DNA of 64,000 nucleotides from Balanoglossus misakiensis (GCA_040954595.2 CM082580.2:5074783-5138782), one strand, 5' to 3'; counted from the stretch's first letter, positions 50,301-64,000 are shown. Notes: generated by a model not told the origin, from the letters alone. A program made the numbers and translations.

Positions 50301-53300
50301 TAATTCTAATTTTAATTTGAATGAACAATCCGGGGTAAAGATGTTTTACCCAAACCAAGTTAAAGTACTTGAGGTACTGGGCCAAGGAGCTTTTTCGAAG
50401 GTGTGTAAGGCGGAGGTGAGAGTCACCAAAGATGACGTCAGCATGAAAGCAGTGAAAATACCCACAGGTTTGTGTATTTTGGTAAACTGTTTTAGACATA
50501 ATGTATATTCCAAGGGCAAAATTGAACTGGACAATAAATAAAGCTGCTAGTTTTTTTTCCACTCATTATTATAAATTATATTATACCAGTATATTGATGG
50601 TGTAAATCACGCTATTTGATTGGTCGAGACACGACACGTGACCGTGATATATTAGCCATATACCACAGTCATATATCATAGTCAAAGAAAATGCCTTTTT
50701 AAAATGTTTTATGCAAAGTTTCAATATACTGGCATAATATAATAGCAATAAAACACCCCCAGCCATGGTATACCACTCGATTTTGACCAGTTCAACTCCA
50801 TATACGCACTCGCTATCGCTCGTGCGTATATGTCGTGAACTGGTCAAAATCTCGTGGTATACCATGGCTGGGGGTGTTTTATTGCTTAAATGAATTATTG
50901 CAATGCTTTTAACTATTGCGACATATTTTGTAATTCGTGCAATATCACCGTTATTAGCAGAAATTTTGTTTTTACATCTTGAAACTAACTGAGTGACTGT
51001 TGGTGTCTTTCCATCCAGATGAAATCAAATACTACCAAACCTTCGTCCAGGAGATTGAAATATTGAATAAGCTTAAAGAGCATGCCAACATCATCAATCT
51101 TACTGGGGTTATTGAAACGAAGAGTAAGTAAATAGAGTTATATAAGCCTCCTGTGATTTCTGATGCCGACAGAAATACAGAATAAAATTTGTCTTTTGAA
51201 CTTAAAAGGGGGAAAGACTGATATGATCCAGACCTTGGATGTTTCTAAAGCACAGTTCTTTGTTTAACGTCTTAGATAAGTGTCGTATCATTACCGAGCT
51301 GATGGAAACAGATTTACTCGTTTTCCTTAAAAAATACCCGGATGTAAGTAAGATTACCAACTTGAAGCAACTCGATGGACGCCTGCTCGGGTTTGCCTTA
51401 GATGTGGCAAAGGCGTTGAAATACCTGGAAGAACAAAAGGTACGTCTCTTATTTCATGTGAAATCTCATACTTAGTCTTTTAAGCGGTCTGGTTTCTTTT
51501 AAGATACTCTCAGAATTAGGATTATCAAGTATTAAATCTTGCATGCTGTCTCTATTTTTGGACATGCGCAAAATATACCGACTATATGTTAAATCTCTTA
51601 GTACCTCCATGGTTAAATATACAAATGTACGTCGTAAAGAAGTCATTTGCATATTCTTGCTGAGATTTGTATTAGTAAAACTTAACATGATTTTATATAA
51701 CTCCATATGATATTGACAAAATAAAATGGATATATTCGTTAATTTCTAACTTGCAGCAAAAAAACGGGTTATGTTGAATCATTCGCAATGATCAAATTAG
51801 ATCGTGAACATTTAAAATTGCATTTATGAGTAACACATTAACCTGTGTGTCTTTCAGGTTGTCCATCGTGATATTGCGGCCCGTAATATTTTGATATCTT
51901 TTGAAGGTGTCGCAATTGCAAAACTCGCCGATTTCGGTCTTTCTAAAGACGTTGATCAAAAGGGACAGTTCCAAGCGGTATGTTATGTTTGAGTGAATTT
52001 GTATTCAAATTAAAAGAATGTACAATGTATTTGCTAATAACCGAACTGAAAGATACCTCAAAGCAATATCAATGACTGGCTCTTAAAGACGAAGTTCCCA
52101 ATTGAAACTGACATATGTTTACGGTAGATCAGGTTTTTCTACGAAGATGAGAATGGAATTAATTACCGCGTTTGTCGCCGGGTATCATTTCAAATAAAAT
52201 ACTTAGTAGCAACTATCTTGCTTTCTCTGACATCTGCTGTTTTGATGCACAGCAAGGCAATTCTTGTGAACCTATCCAATGGATGTCTCCCGAGTCACTA
52301 CAGATGGGTGTGTATACAAGCAAATCAGATATGTAAGTAAAACATGCTTTTCATGCGACGTTTCTGAATTGGCGGCTAAACTTCGTAGCCAAAATTCGAA
52401 ACGAGATCCCAAGAGATTGATAACTATAGTGGTCAGCTGTCCATGAGTTACCGTCTTCCACAATCAACCGTTGATATACTAGTCCGTACGGTAGTACACG
52501 CCTCGAAAATCACAGTCTTTAATAGAGATTTTGTTTCTCATATTTTGCTCAAGGCAAATTTGCATTATTCTCTCTTAAAATTTAACTAAAAATTAGAAGT
52601 TAAAAGATATATAAATTTAAATCAGAATGAGAAAGCGAATTCTTTTCAAATTTGAAATTCAAAATGTCCGCCATCTCTGTGATAACTGTGATGAAAATAC
52701 AAAATATGCGCCCAAAGAAATATTGTGGGTAAACTAGGGAAATACCCGAATTTTTTGTTTGATAGTCACGTGAAAATAATATTTGATTTCTAAACTTTAA
52801 TACAACTCTTCCCCAACAGTTGGTCCTATGGAGTTCTGCTGTGGGAGATGGTTACATTAGGTAGGATTTGTCGATTCGTATTTCACTAAATAAGCACGAT
52901 CTTCCAAACAGGCAAATAATAATAACATTATAATTTTATTAATAATTTTATTGTTTACGATGTATAACAAGGGATGCCAGGAACGCGGAATTCACGTTTG
53001 CATATTAATAAAACATTTTCTGTTTCGTCCTCTAGCAGGGAATATAAAATTATTATTACTCAAGCGAAACATTCCTAAGATAACGTCTGCATATAAGATA
53101 TTGCAGAGTTGTGTATTATTAGAATTAGCTTTGCATTTTAGTCCAGCACATTAAAATTGGTTTTGCAGGAATGCTTAATGAAGACGAGGATACATCTGCA
53201 ATCACAGTTATTAATTACACCCTTATTTACGCTACTCTGATACGGAGGCTTAAGTCAAGCCATAAACAGCATGGCCGGCTAATGTCGACTTCACTAGCAG

Positions 53301-53624
53301 ATAATAGTATATCGAAAACCAAAACTATTACTATGGCCATTACATAGTAAACCATCGGTGTGTTTCGTTAGCTTTGTTATGTAGCAAATTCTTGACAATA
53401 TATAATACCAATTCATAGGTGATACCCCGTACTCCGAGCTTAAAACATTGGAGGCTTCCTACTTATGTGAACAATTGTGTAAAGGATATCGGATGCCGAA
53501 GCCCGATCATTGTACAGACGACATGTATGGACTTATTAGACATTGTTGGAAGGCAGACCCGGATGAGAGACCCGCAGCTACCGGTGTTGTTAATAACATA
53601 TCCAGGCTTCAACAATGTGACACG
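41893..53624 (+). CDS. TIE-like receptor tyrosine kinase (WxxW, EGF, Ig, EGF, HYR, TM, PTK domain), ~20 exons
   Basis: Candidate signal-peptide exon at ~41893-41971. Ectodomain: WxxW domain (SDWTDWYN..CEDYKVRFCCP) at ~42302-42610, EGF at 46928-47056, Ig at 47341-47831 (DAGIYQC), EGF at 48239-48364, HYR at ~48758-48999. TM at ~49860-49930. Kinase exons at 50287-53624 contain LGQGAFSKV, KAVK, HRDIAARN, DFG, PIQWMSPES, SDIWSYGVLLWEM and CWKADPDERP. The last exon and stop are not resolved. Confidence 0.85.
44310..44350. repeat. (TTG)n microsatellite
   Basis: Read directly. Confidence 0.9.
44671..45031. mobile_element. Interspersed repeat/MITE copy 2 (in RTK intron)
   Basis: Similar to 39643-39936, with an extra ~60-bp internal segment. 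Confidence 0.65.
46051..46200. repeat. (TATTG)n pentanucleotide microsatellite
   Basis: Read directly. Confidence 0.95.
48447..48522. repeat. (CAGTA)n microsatellite
   Basis: Read directly. Confidence 0.95.
50027..50066. repeat. (ATTC)n microsatellite
   Basis: Read directly. Confidence 0.9.
50744..50886. mobile_element. Long near-perfect palindrome (non-autonomous element, possibly Crypton-type) in RTK intron
   Basis: AGCAATAAAACACCCCCAGCCATGGTATACCAC..TTTTGACCAGTTCA pairs with TGAACTGGTCAAAA..GTGGTATACCATGGCTGGGGGTGTTTTATTGCT around a CTCGCTATCGCTCG core. Confidence 0.7.
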
Positions 53625-54628
53625 GTAGGACTATATACACTTTGCGTTCTGGTTTCGATTACATGTATAGCTAGATGTATACTAAGTGTCTGTGTTCTGC
53701 TTTAGGTGCGTGTTTTGTCAACATCACGTCGCTTTTTTTTTTCTATTGGCAATGTACATAGGATGTGAAGCAAAACATTCCTATCGGTAACAATTTGATA
53801 ACCCCAAAAATACATAGCTTTAATACTAGTCTGGAATCCAGACATGGTGTTTTTTTCAGAGATAGACTCACACGGTGTGTACGAGATAGACTCACGCACT
53901 CCGTGTGATATTATCTCTAAAAAAGCACACCATATATATTCCAGACTAATACGATCACTATGGACTCTGTGGCTCCATGGAGATTAGAAAAACTACATTT
54001 TAAAACGAGACAATGTATTCTCTGTACCAAATTGTGGTTGACGATGATGTTACTTCTGTCAGATGATGTGTACCTTTATTGATCATTGTCGCTCTAAGTT
54101 TAGTTGGGAAATTTTGTTAGCGTTTGTTCTGTGAACTTGAGTTGTCTTTTGTTCAGTTGTATATACGTGCGCTGCAGCCAGCCAGCGTGGACTTAGCTAT
54201 GGAAGTAGTTATTATATCTAAGGGACCAGCGTTGACCCTATCCAGAGAAATGTCAGCATGATTTAACAAACAGAACCGCAATTGCATTTCCTACTATCAG
54301 ATTTCCCTTTTTAATGCAGGGATTTTTCAAGTGAAGATAAATGCTGGTGCTGTGCCGTTTGCGTGTTGAAGAGTCTACCAGAACGCTGTTGATATTATTT
54401 AGAGATGCCTTTGTTGCCAGCATCAGACTGACGATGTATCCGTGGATACACGATGATCATAAACTACGCCATCAACTACTTTCACCTGATAGACGTCGAT
54501 GGCACAATACGTCGGTTGCTTGTTTTTTTCGCCCGTTGTAGTATCCTATGACCCCTGAAACACCCGCACGATAAACTTCTTGCTTTGGAAGCAGTTATTA
54601 TCACTCTGAGTTTAATGACTTAATACTA

Positions 54629-54960
54629 TTAAAGGGACAAAGTCTCTCTCTGTCGCTGTCCGTTTTACATTAGGCCTAATTATGCTTGATACAAGACACC
54701 GCTCATGTTATTCTACATGTGAATATGTAGTGAATCGACGTTCAACTACACACAATTTCCATCCCACTTGTAAACACGAGAGTGAAAAACTCACAAAACG
54801 AATAATCGGTGTTTACCATTTATTCATTTTGGCGAGATTTTTACTCTCATATCCTACAAACGGGATGGAAGTTGTGTGTGGTTGAACGTTGATTGACTAT
54901 ATATCCACATGTAGAATAACATACACAGTGTCTTGTATCATACATAATCAATGACATAAT
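54629..54960. mobile_element. Interspersed repeat starting TTAA-AGGGACAAAGT (Kolobok-like MITE)
   Basis: A second copy lies at ~61357-61575, and an inverted terminus (ACTTTGTCCCTTTAA) at ~16100-16115. Confidence 0.6.
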
Positions 54961-56380
54961 TGACATAATAAAACCTAAAAAAACCCTTGGTTTATGTTTT
55001 ACTTTACCAAGGTAATACAGCGCATTTTATTTTTGAAAGCCACTTTCTATTAACTTTCTCTCTTTGCATGGATTGTTATTGTGTCGACATCAACACATTT
55101 TCATTTTTCCAAACCCAAGTGTGTTGCTTATTTTTAAATGAGTAAATCTTTTTTTCTGTATGTGTCGTGAATTTGCACAGATGTCGGCTCATTTTTAGAC
55201 GCACTTAACTAATACCACGCCTTTGTAAGAACGTGCACTTGACATGCATTTGTGATTTTGTACATGAACTAGACAATAAATCATCGAAATGTGGTACGTT
55301 GCATACAACTTATACTTGTGTGGTGTGTATATTATTCAAAAACCAACACTTGGATCTGTTGCGGGTTAATTCTGTATCACTTTTTTCCATTGCCCTGCTC
55401 TTTGCTGTTTTTCTTTCTTTCATAAAATTAAATTAAAAGGGGAAGGTACACGTTTTTGAGACGTGTTGAATTGTCGGGTCGTGTGTCTGGGCACTTTTCA
55501 GTTTGTCTGAACATACTAAAGGCATATTGAATTCAGTGTTGAGTCAGAATGCAGTCACGCCCTCTGGCGTAAGGATTGAGAAAAAAAAACATCGATGAGT
55601 TGTTGGAATAAGTGCGCATGCGTCACATATTTCCACAATATGGCCGAGTCGATAGGAAAGTGACGCTTGGCTGCCAGTATGAATTTTATGTTACCGTTGT
55701 AATTCGGCGAAAATGGCGTACTGTATAAGGTCCTGTCGTAAGCAGTAGTACGCAAGAGGAAACTGAGTCATCTGAAGTGGAATATTTTCGGGTAAGTACA
55801 ACTGACGGTGTAAACATCATTTCGAAGCAGCACAGCTCTCTCGATCGACGACTTGAGTTTGCTCAGCCTTCAATGTTGTGATGTAGCACGGACATATACC
55901 GGCGCGGTAATATTGATGTTGTCTGCATCATCGAACAGTATTCAATCGGTCGGCCGATGGTCGCCGGCGTGCTAGTTAAGCTGAGTCTACCCAACAATAC
56001 TTATTTGTTTTCCTCGAAGAAAACTGACTTAGCCTCCGAGTCCGAACCTCCTATGTTATCAATATGATTATCTGACAGAATTTCACTTTGGATGTAAAAG
56101 GATCATTCGACTAGCCAAACTTTACATTTGTTGATTGCCATTCTAAAGCTGTGTTGACAACCTCATGAGGGCTGGACTCCGCCTCGGATACCTTTATGAC
56201 ATTTCAACAATAATTGTCAAAATGATTTGAAAGCAGGCCATAATATTAAAATTGTGACTTTCTGTAATTAATTGTTGTCAATCATGTCACCATTCTTTCT
56301 GATGTGCGTCTAGTTTCAGGAGGTTATTTTTAGAATTGATATATTTGCCAGAGGCTTGTTGATGTTCACCGGCCTGAGTC

Positions 56381-58868
56381 ATGGTAAGTCGAATGTTTCT
56401 CATCATAATGAAATTTATAACTTCAGCAGATGGAGCAAATATTTTGCACCAATAAATACAATATGTGTCATGCGATACATTTAGTGCACCCAGACATTCT
56501 TGTAAGCAGTGCAACATATTTAATGGTCTTATATGATGCACCTGCCTTTCCTGACTGTATGAGACTGTGAATTAATTAAATCTCATATACATTTCCAAGG
56601 AGTATAATCTCAAGTCAATGTATAGATATTTAATAATTTATGATGAGGCTAAATCCACAGTTTTTCAGCACCGGCAGTTTATTTTGTAATCTGCCAGTGC
56701 CTTGCAAAAGCGATTTGAAGTTAGACTGTCCGTGTGCACCTGTCTGTGCTTAAGAAATGTAACTCATCTGTTTCTATTTTTGTGTGAAATCCGATACAAT
56801 GCTTGCGACCGAGTTCGGCACTTTCTGACGCTGGTTTTCATTTCTTTTAATGAGTTTGGACGTTTCAAACATTCTCCGGAATTTTACATCATAATGAACT
56901 CTGCTTCAAAGTATAATCCAACACTGCTGCCTCCTATTTTTACATCCAAATATTATCCAATTTATATGCATCATGCTATTGCACATTCAGACAGACAGAC
57001 AGTCCAAGAATACTATGTAATTGACACTGTGCCACTGAGCATGAAATTTTCAGCTTTGAGTCAATTGCAGGTTTTCTAAAACAATCTCTGAGTCAGCCCT
57101 ATACCTTTGCATATAGTGTGGATAATTTTCTTGAGTCACCAGTGAGTTTGGTACGTCATATGGGCTTAGGGGGCACAATGGTTATTGATGTCCTAGATGT
57201 CTCATCCTATGATGTTGTCGTTTGATATTGCAGTCTAAAAAGGCGGAGTGCGTGAAGGTGGTGGTGAGATGCCGGCCGATGAACGAGAAGGAAGTGGCCC
57301 AAGGGCACAATAGGGTGGTGGACATGGACGTCAAGAAGGGCGTCATCACTGTCAACAATCCCAAGCAGACGCACGGTGAACCACCCCGCACGTTCACGTT
57401 CGATGCGGTCTACGACTGGAAGTGAGTGTTGCATCCACGACTTTTAACCCTTTCACTGCCAGCCATGGTTCAGTCCAAAGCCATTGTTTTCTATGGTTAG
57501 GTTGGACCTCTAAACAGGGATCCGGGGGCGAAAGGGTTAAGTCCAATGTACATGTTTTGCAGAGTCATGGAAACTTTAATGAATACAATACACCATGGTG
57601 TCTTGTGATTCTGACTAAGAAAGTATGAGTCATAGATAAAGTGGTTTTAGCTGACAGAGGTACATTTTTGTAAACCTTTGTTTATATGATCAACATGCAT
57701 AACCCTCAGATGGAGCGTTACTGCAAAGAGATAATGCTTTCAAAGTTATTATACTTTTGGCATGGATTTTTTTTCTGGTTGGAAAAAAATGGAAAATTAT
57801 TATTTTGTCTATAAATTGTATTTGAATATGCATTTAGTTTAAACAGTTTTATACACACAGACACATTGTTGTCTGTTTGAGCAAATTTTGACTGAACATT
57901 TCACAGGATATTTTTAATCAGTCTATCATGGCTATCATGAACTGTGGGAAAACACATCACAAAATAAATTAATTGGAAACACAATTAACTGCATTGTTTC
58001 GTAAATTAATCATTACTATATCAGAAATTTGTTTTGGGAGGGGGGAGAATACTTCATCAATGCCATGACTGGGGTACGTTTTGATTGACATACAAGTGAA
58101 TGTAATTACTTCTAAAATTGGATGTAAGCCAGGTGATGAATGTAGCTGTAACAAAATGTGACAGGCAGTACAGTGTTTTCTCGATGTACTCTGACTCGTA
58201 AAATTAAATTACTTTGCAGACAGACGAGTGAACTGTGGATGGCCTTTAAATTTCAAGGCTCTGCGTTTGCTATGTTATATGAAACCACTCTGTTATTACA
58301 TTTTAATCACATCCTTCATGTCTGTCCCTTACAGTTATAAAAAGATGTAATGGATATGTTGTACTTATGTTTCTTGAAAAGAATCTCTGAATTTTATTGA
58401 CGTGATCACACATTCAACAATATACAGTTTCATGTCAGTTTCAGGATAATGTTTTGTTCAAGGTTTTGGAGGGAGTCATTTTGACCACATGGTATCAAAT
58501 TGCATTTCAAGTTGTTCTGAAGAATAATGCCACTATTGGTTATTTTAATTTCAATACATGTTCTTATTATAAGATTTTGTATACATTAGCTTTAATGGTT
58601 TCTTCTCCAAGTTCCTTGAACAGTGATGAGAACCTACACTTGATACCGTAATTATCACACTGACACATTTTTTCCTTCCTTTTCTTGATGATATAGCTCA
58701 CAGCAACTAGTGCTGTACGATGAGACATTCCGAGTGTTAGTTGACTCTGTGTTAGAAGGTTTCAACGGTACCATATTTGCGTACGGCCAGACTGGCACGG
58801 GTAAAACGTTCACCATGGAAGGTGAGAGTGCTTTTCTTGTTTCTTAGGGCATTTCATGAGAAATTTGT

Positions 58869-58903
<35 letters not shown>

Positions 58904-61900
58904 GTAGAATTAATTTCAGTTTCGCAATATAGATGACTTTTAATTAGTGTGCAAATGAACTGATTTTGGTTTAATTGAGTATCTGTTGTTATAAATCAGC
59001 CAATATTCCCATTACACCAGATCTTCAAAAAAAAATGTTTCTGATCAGTATAACATTTCCCCTCTGTCACACGCGTCCAGGTGTGCGGTCAGACCCGGAG
59101 CTGCGCGGAGTCATTCCAAATTCCTTCGACCACATATTTACACACATATCCCGGTCGGAGAACCAGCAGTACCTGGTGAGGGCGTCCTACCTGGAGATCT
59201 ACCAGGAAGAGATCCGGGACTTGCTGTCCAAGGATCAGAAGAAGAGGTTGGAGCTCAAGGAGAGGCCCGACACGGGGGTCTATGTCAAGGTAACGGGGCG
59301 CTTTCAACCATCACACATCAGCCATTTGCCGCGTTCTCAAAAGTTAGATAGGGAATGTTGAGTGAATCAATGATGTGTGTGTTATTGACATTTTAAATTC
59401 TAGTAGGTCATATAACTGTAAATCAGTGCTGTGTCTTCGATCATTTTAGATTTTGTATAACCCTTGCCCACTGTGACAATACCCTGTTAACTGCAGGATA
59501 CGTTTAATCTGTCTGATGAGAAATAGCTTACTCTTCCATTGTGATGCTTGGTTCCACCACATTGTTTGCAGTGGTCTTGTTGAAACCACACACACAGAAA
59601 TAGGGGTGACAGCATGAAATAGGCTAAATCTGGTAGACACGACTTGTTTTAGGTTGACCAAAGTGCTTAGTGTTTCTTTGATTTTTTTCCCTCAGGATTT
59701 GTCTTCTTTTGTCACTAAAAGTGTCAAAGAGATTGAACATGTTATGAATGTTGGCAATCAGAACCGATCTGTTGGGTAAGTGATGCCTTCATATACAGCC
59801 GCTTGTCTCTGCTCTCAGACCGTAACTACCTGTCTTGATAACTGGATACTTCTGAATTTCAAATTTATTTTTGCCAAAAATATACTTATAACCAATTGTA
59901 TGCAATTACTTTCCAATTTTGTAAAAGTAAACATCAGACAATAGGTGCTAGTCAAAAATGATATTTATGTTCTTATGTTGTGTGTCTTAATTTCTTGTGT
60001 GCATCTTCACCAATTGTTGACTCCTGTTAAACCTGTTGAACTAATTGTTGTTGTTTTTTCAGGTCAACCAATATGAATGAACACAGTTCCCGATCGCATG
60101 CAATTTTCATAATCACGATAGAATGCAGTGATGTAAGTAGAAAGTTTTGACCTGTCTCTGTGTCATTGGCGATGTTAAACTGTTTTTACCTTGAGGTTGA
60201 ATCTGTTAGTAAGCCATTAATCTTTCGCCTTGAACAAATCTGTGAAAACGTGATTGAACTGGAATCGGGTAAAGGTACAAGATGCTAGTATCGCATAGCA
60301 GAATGGAATGCATGAATTTGTATTTTCTATAAGATGCAAACGTCTAGCTTGAATCACAAAAATTATCCCACTCCAACTTTATAAGATGGCCGATCAAAAT
60401 GTACTCTTGCAAATGCTGGCCATGAATGGGATGGGGGATTTAAATATCTCTGTACAGGGTGACCTTGTAGCTGTTAACTGTCGTGAGGGTCATTGACTTG
60501 ACCTCGAGTTTGGAAATAACCTGACTGCCCATTGAGGGCGCTGTTTTGCTCCTTGATGTGATATGGAACATGTTGATCTCTGTTGGTTTCAGACTGGCTT
60601 GGATGGAGAGAACCACATACGCGTGGGTAAATTGAATCTGGTGGATCTTGCTGGCAGTGAGAGACAAGTGAAAACGGGGGCTACTGTGAGTATCTCTACA
60701 TTCAATTGTTGCCTTTGCCCTGTATCATAAAACTCCAAGGCACACATATATTCTGGAGTCAATAAAATACCTACTTTTCTGACTTATATAGTTAATTTCA
60801 CAAGTTTGAGCACTTAACTGTGCATTGGTTTGAGATGCAGAAAATTGACCAAACCAGGAAAAGAATCTAGCTTTGAGCAAATTGCTGGCAGTGAAAAAAA
60901 AACTATTTGCCACTGAAAACACAAACCCCAATGCAGTGTCTGTTGGGCTCATCTCCATTTTCTAAAAAATAGTGATACAAATCATTAAATCACTCACACC
61001 CCTAGGTGCCCAACACTGGAAAAATCTCAAAGAAATTTCTAGCCAGCTGCACACTCTGACAAAAGCAACTTTTTTTTTATTGAATGATTGCAGGGTGAAC
61101 GCTTGAAAGAAGCGACCAAAATCAACCTGTCACTGTCGGCGTTGGGCAACGTGATCTCGGCGCTGGTGGACGGCAAGAGTACACACATTCCATATCGTGA
61201 TTCCAAACTGACCAGGCTGCTGCAAGACTCCTTGGGCGGTAATGCCAAGACTGTGATGGTGGCCAACATTGGTCCGGCTAGCTACAACTATGACGAGTCT
61301 CTGACTACGTTGAGGTAAGCGTCAGATGTTGTTTGATGTAGCACGAGAACTTTCAATGGACAAAGTCTCTCTCTCTCTCGCTGCCCCTTTTCCATTAATT
61401 ATGTTTGATACAAGACACCACTAGTTATGTTATTCTGCATTTGGATATATAGTGAATCAACGTTCGACAACACACAACTTCCATCCCACTTGTAGACATG
61501 AGAGTAAAAAGCATGCCAAAATGAATAATCGGTGTTTGCCATTTATTCATTTTCGCAAGATTGACCGACTGCTCCTTGACAGAATTTTGCAAGGGAAGTT
61601 TTTTGGAAATTTTGAAGCATAACTAGACAGTTTGTATCTAGACATTTTATTATTTACACCTTTTCGCTATCTTTGACAGGTACGCCAACAGGGCCAAGAA
61701 CATCAAGAACAAACCAAAGATCAACGAGGATCCCAAAGACGCCCTGCTCAGAGAGTTCCAGGATGAGATTGCGAGGTTGAAAGCACAGTTGGACAAGAAA
61801 GGTGGTGGTGGCGGTGGTGGAAAGCACAAGAAGCGAAGGAGGAGAGTCATGAATGCAGGTAATTGGTGCTATTGCTTTGGATGACTTCATTGTCGTCAGG

Positions 61901-63400
61901 GGTGTTGTCATTTTTGCGAAACTCGTAGAGTGTTTCAGATAAAGTCTCTCGTGCTGAGGTAGAAAATGTATATGCTGTTTTGTAGAGAATTTGAGAGTCA
62001 AAGCTAAGTCAATGGTCACTCACTGTTTACGCGTAGCCAGTGGTGTGGTGGACATGGTGACAGTTAACAGTGCCCTACCAATTGGACAATGGGGCTGGCC
62101 ATATCAGTTGTTAAAAAAAATTAAACATAGTGTTGTATTTCAAGAGTGACATTTTCAAGCACAGCACTTTGGATTGTGGGTGTATTACATATGTCTTTGG
62201 AGAATTACAGTAAAATGGTTTGTTTGTTTGGTTGTTGTTGTTTTTTTTTTTTTTTGGGGGGGGGAATTCGCTTTCAAGTGTGTATCATTCTTCACTGCTT
62301 AATCTGTTTTGTTTGTTGGCAAATTGTAATATTTGTAGATGGAGAGATGGTTTCAGAAGATGAAGATGATGATGATGAAGGTGACGAAGCAGATGAAGAG
62401 GAAATCTACAAAGAAGCTCAACAGAAACTGGAAGAAGAAAAGCAGGCCATATTGAATAATAAAAACATGCTTTCTGAGGTCAGTGCTTGATAAATCAATT
62501 TTATATATAGATCTTGTGTCAGCTAATCGTGGTATTTTGAATTGGCATAGCCCAATAACAGATGATAGCATTCTTTCTCCAAGTAAAACTTTTGTCGTTT
62601 TGAGTGGGGAATATTAGATTTACCAACAGCGGAAATGCTGTTTTCCAGCTTTGTTGAGTTTGCCTGAAAAGTCGCCAATGTTACCTTTTATGAAAACAAA
62701 GTCACCCTTGCAAAGGACTTAAAATCTTTAACCCTTTCACCAACATGGTTTGGTCCAAACCCATTGTATTCTATGGTAAAGTTGGACCTCTATAGAGGGA
62801 AATGGGGATGATAGGGTTAACTCGAAAAAAAGCCATGGAAAGCATATTATTTCAGAAGTGCACCACCGGGTAATTTCAGTTGTTACAACACCGATTGGTA
62901 TTTCTTTTCAGGAAAAAGAGAAACTACTCTACGAAACCCAGGAGAAGCAAAAACAGTTGAAGGACCAACAGAAGGCCAAGGAACAGTTAGCCATCAAGAT
63001 CAAAGCCATGGAAAGTAAATTATTGGTTGGAGGAAAGAGTATTGTCGATCACACCAACGAGCAACAGAGGCAATTAGAACAGCATCGGTTGCAGATTGCT
63101 GAACAGACGGTAATTAATTAAGTGTTGTAAATTCAACCAATCCTTAATTGGCGTTGCCTTCCCGACAGGTACAGCTCTGAAAACATTTTTGAGTTTCATT
63201 CAGCGTGTGAAACCTCATATTAAGTACGGTGACATTTCCCTAGTGGTGCTGTGTAGAAATGATGTTGGGTTCCATGTTGATATACTTTGATTTTCTGAAT
63301 GTAAGTGAAGTGTTGCTCCTTGCAATTTCTTGTACTTTGAACTAAAATGTCAGTTTTAGAATGAAACTAAAACAGAAAAGAGCGCCACTAGCAAATGTGA

Positions 63401-63436
<36 letters not shown>

Positions 63437-63638
63437 AAATATGAAAGTCATAACAAGTGAATACAGATTCACCATCTCCAACCAGCGAGCTGATCATTCT
63501 GTTCATAACATTTAACAGAGAAAAGAAAGAGAGATGGAACAGCAATTGATGACAAGAAAAGAAGAAAAACTAGAAATGACAGAGACGTACACATCGTTAC
63601 AACAAGAAGTGGACATCAAGACGAAGAAACTCAAAAAG
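56381..63638 (+). CDS. KIF3B: Kinesin-2 motor subunit KIF3B/KRP95, 3' end beyond the window
   Basis: ATG|GTAAGT at 56381-56383, then exons at 57234-57421, 58697-58821, 59081-59289, ~59696-59775, ~60063-60132, ~60593-60685, 61094-61314, 61680-61858, 62339-62478, 62912-63108 and ~63518-63638. Motifs: [71 protein letters not shown]. Confidence 0.93.
57448..57536. mobile_element. piggyBac-like MITE (TTAA-CCCTTTC..GAAAGGG-TTAA)
   Basis: TIR with TTAA TSD; related copies lie at 62732-62816 and degenerate ones near 6707-6800 and 7320-7390. Confidence 0.75.
61357..61575. mobile_element. Partial copy of the 54629-54960 repeat
   Basis: Shares GGACAAAGTCTCTCTCT..GATACAAGACACC..CCATCCCACTTGTA..AATAATCGGTGTTT. 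Confidence 0.6.
62732..62816. mobile_element. piggyBac-like MITE, second copy
   Basis: TTAA-CCCTTTCAC..GATAGGG-TTAA, with internal sequence similar to 57448-57536. Confidence 0.7.
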
Positions 63639-64000
63639 GTAAAAAATTTGTCTGAATCTGTTGTACATCCACATTGCTGTATAAATCAAGGATGACTAGG
63701 CCAGACTTTGTGTGATTTTGTAAATCTTTCATCACAGAGTGATAGTTTTGGTTGGAAAGTGATCAGTGTGCTCTCTTAAACAAAGTTAACATAATTTTAA
63801 AAGCTTTGAGTCAATTTCAGGAGTTCTAAACATTTCTTTGCATGTATTGTGGATAATTTTCTTGAATCGCCAGTGAGTTCGTTGAGTCAGTGGTGCGTCA
63901 TATGGGCTTAGGGGACACAATAGGAGTGGTTGTTGGTTGATATCACATAAATTAGATGTGGGAGAGTACAGGTGTATTTTCAATGTCTTCATTCCTGTCA

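Noticed and set aside
57060-57180. Sequence repeated at ~63810-63920 within KIF3B introns
   Set aside because: It looks like an ordinary degenerate interspersed repeat with no termini or coding signal.
1-64000. CRISPR arrays, tRNA/rRNA genes, autonomous transposase or RT genes
   Set aside because: None recognised; the repeats are microsatellites, MITEs or paralogous gene segments.

Overview
This is AT-rich, intron-containing animal genomic DNA; the gene and repeat content suggests an invertebrate deuterostome (inference only). From left to right it holds DIABLO/Smac (+), gamma-secretase subunit APH-1 (-), and an FBXO30/40-type F-box gene (+). Next come a ~25 kb minus-strand C2H2 zinc-finger locus (16.1-41.2 kb), a TIE-like receptor tyrosine kinase with WxxW/EGF/Ig/HYR ectodomain (+), and kinesin-2 KIF3B (+, truncated by the window end). 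Many MITEs and microsatellites are also present. The main observation is the modular design of the zinc-finger locus. It has six intact ATG-containing first exons, five of which encode a ZNF653/ZNF692-like N-terminal domain, plus two dead copies. It also has about nine short frame-preserving cassette exons and four paralogous terminal exons of 10 fingers each. Every junction I read is phase 2, so any upstream module can splice in frame to any downstream one. This suggests a combinatorial transcription-factor diversification locus. Exon models were read by hand from GT/AG sites and need RNA evidence.
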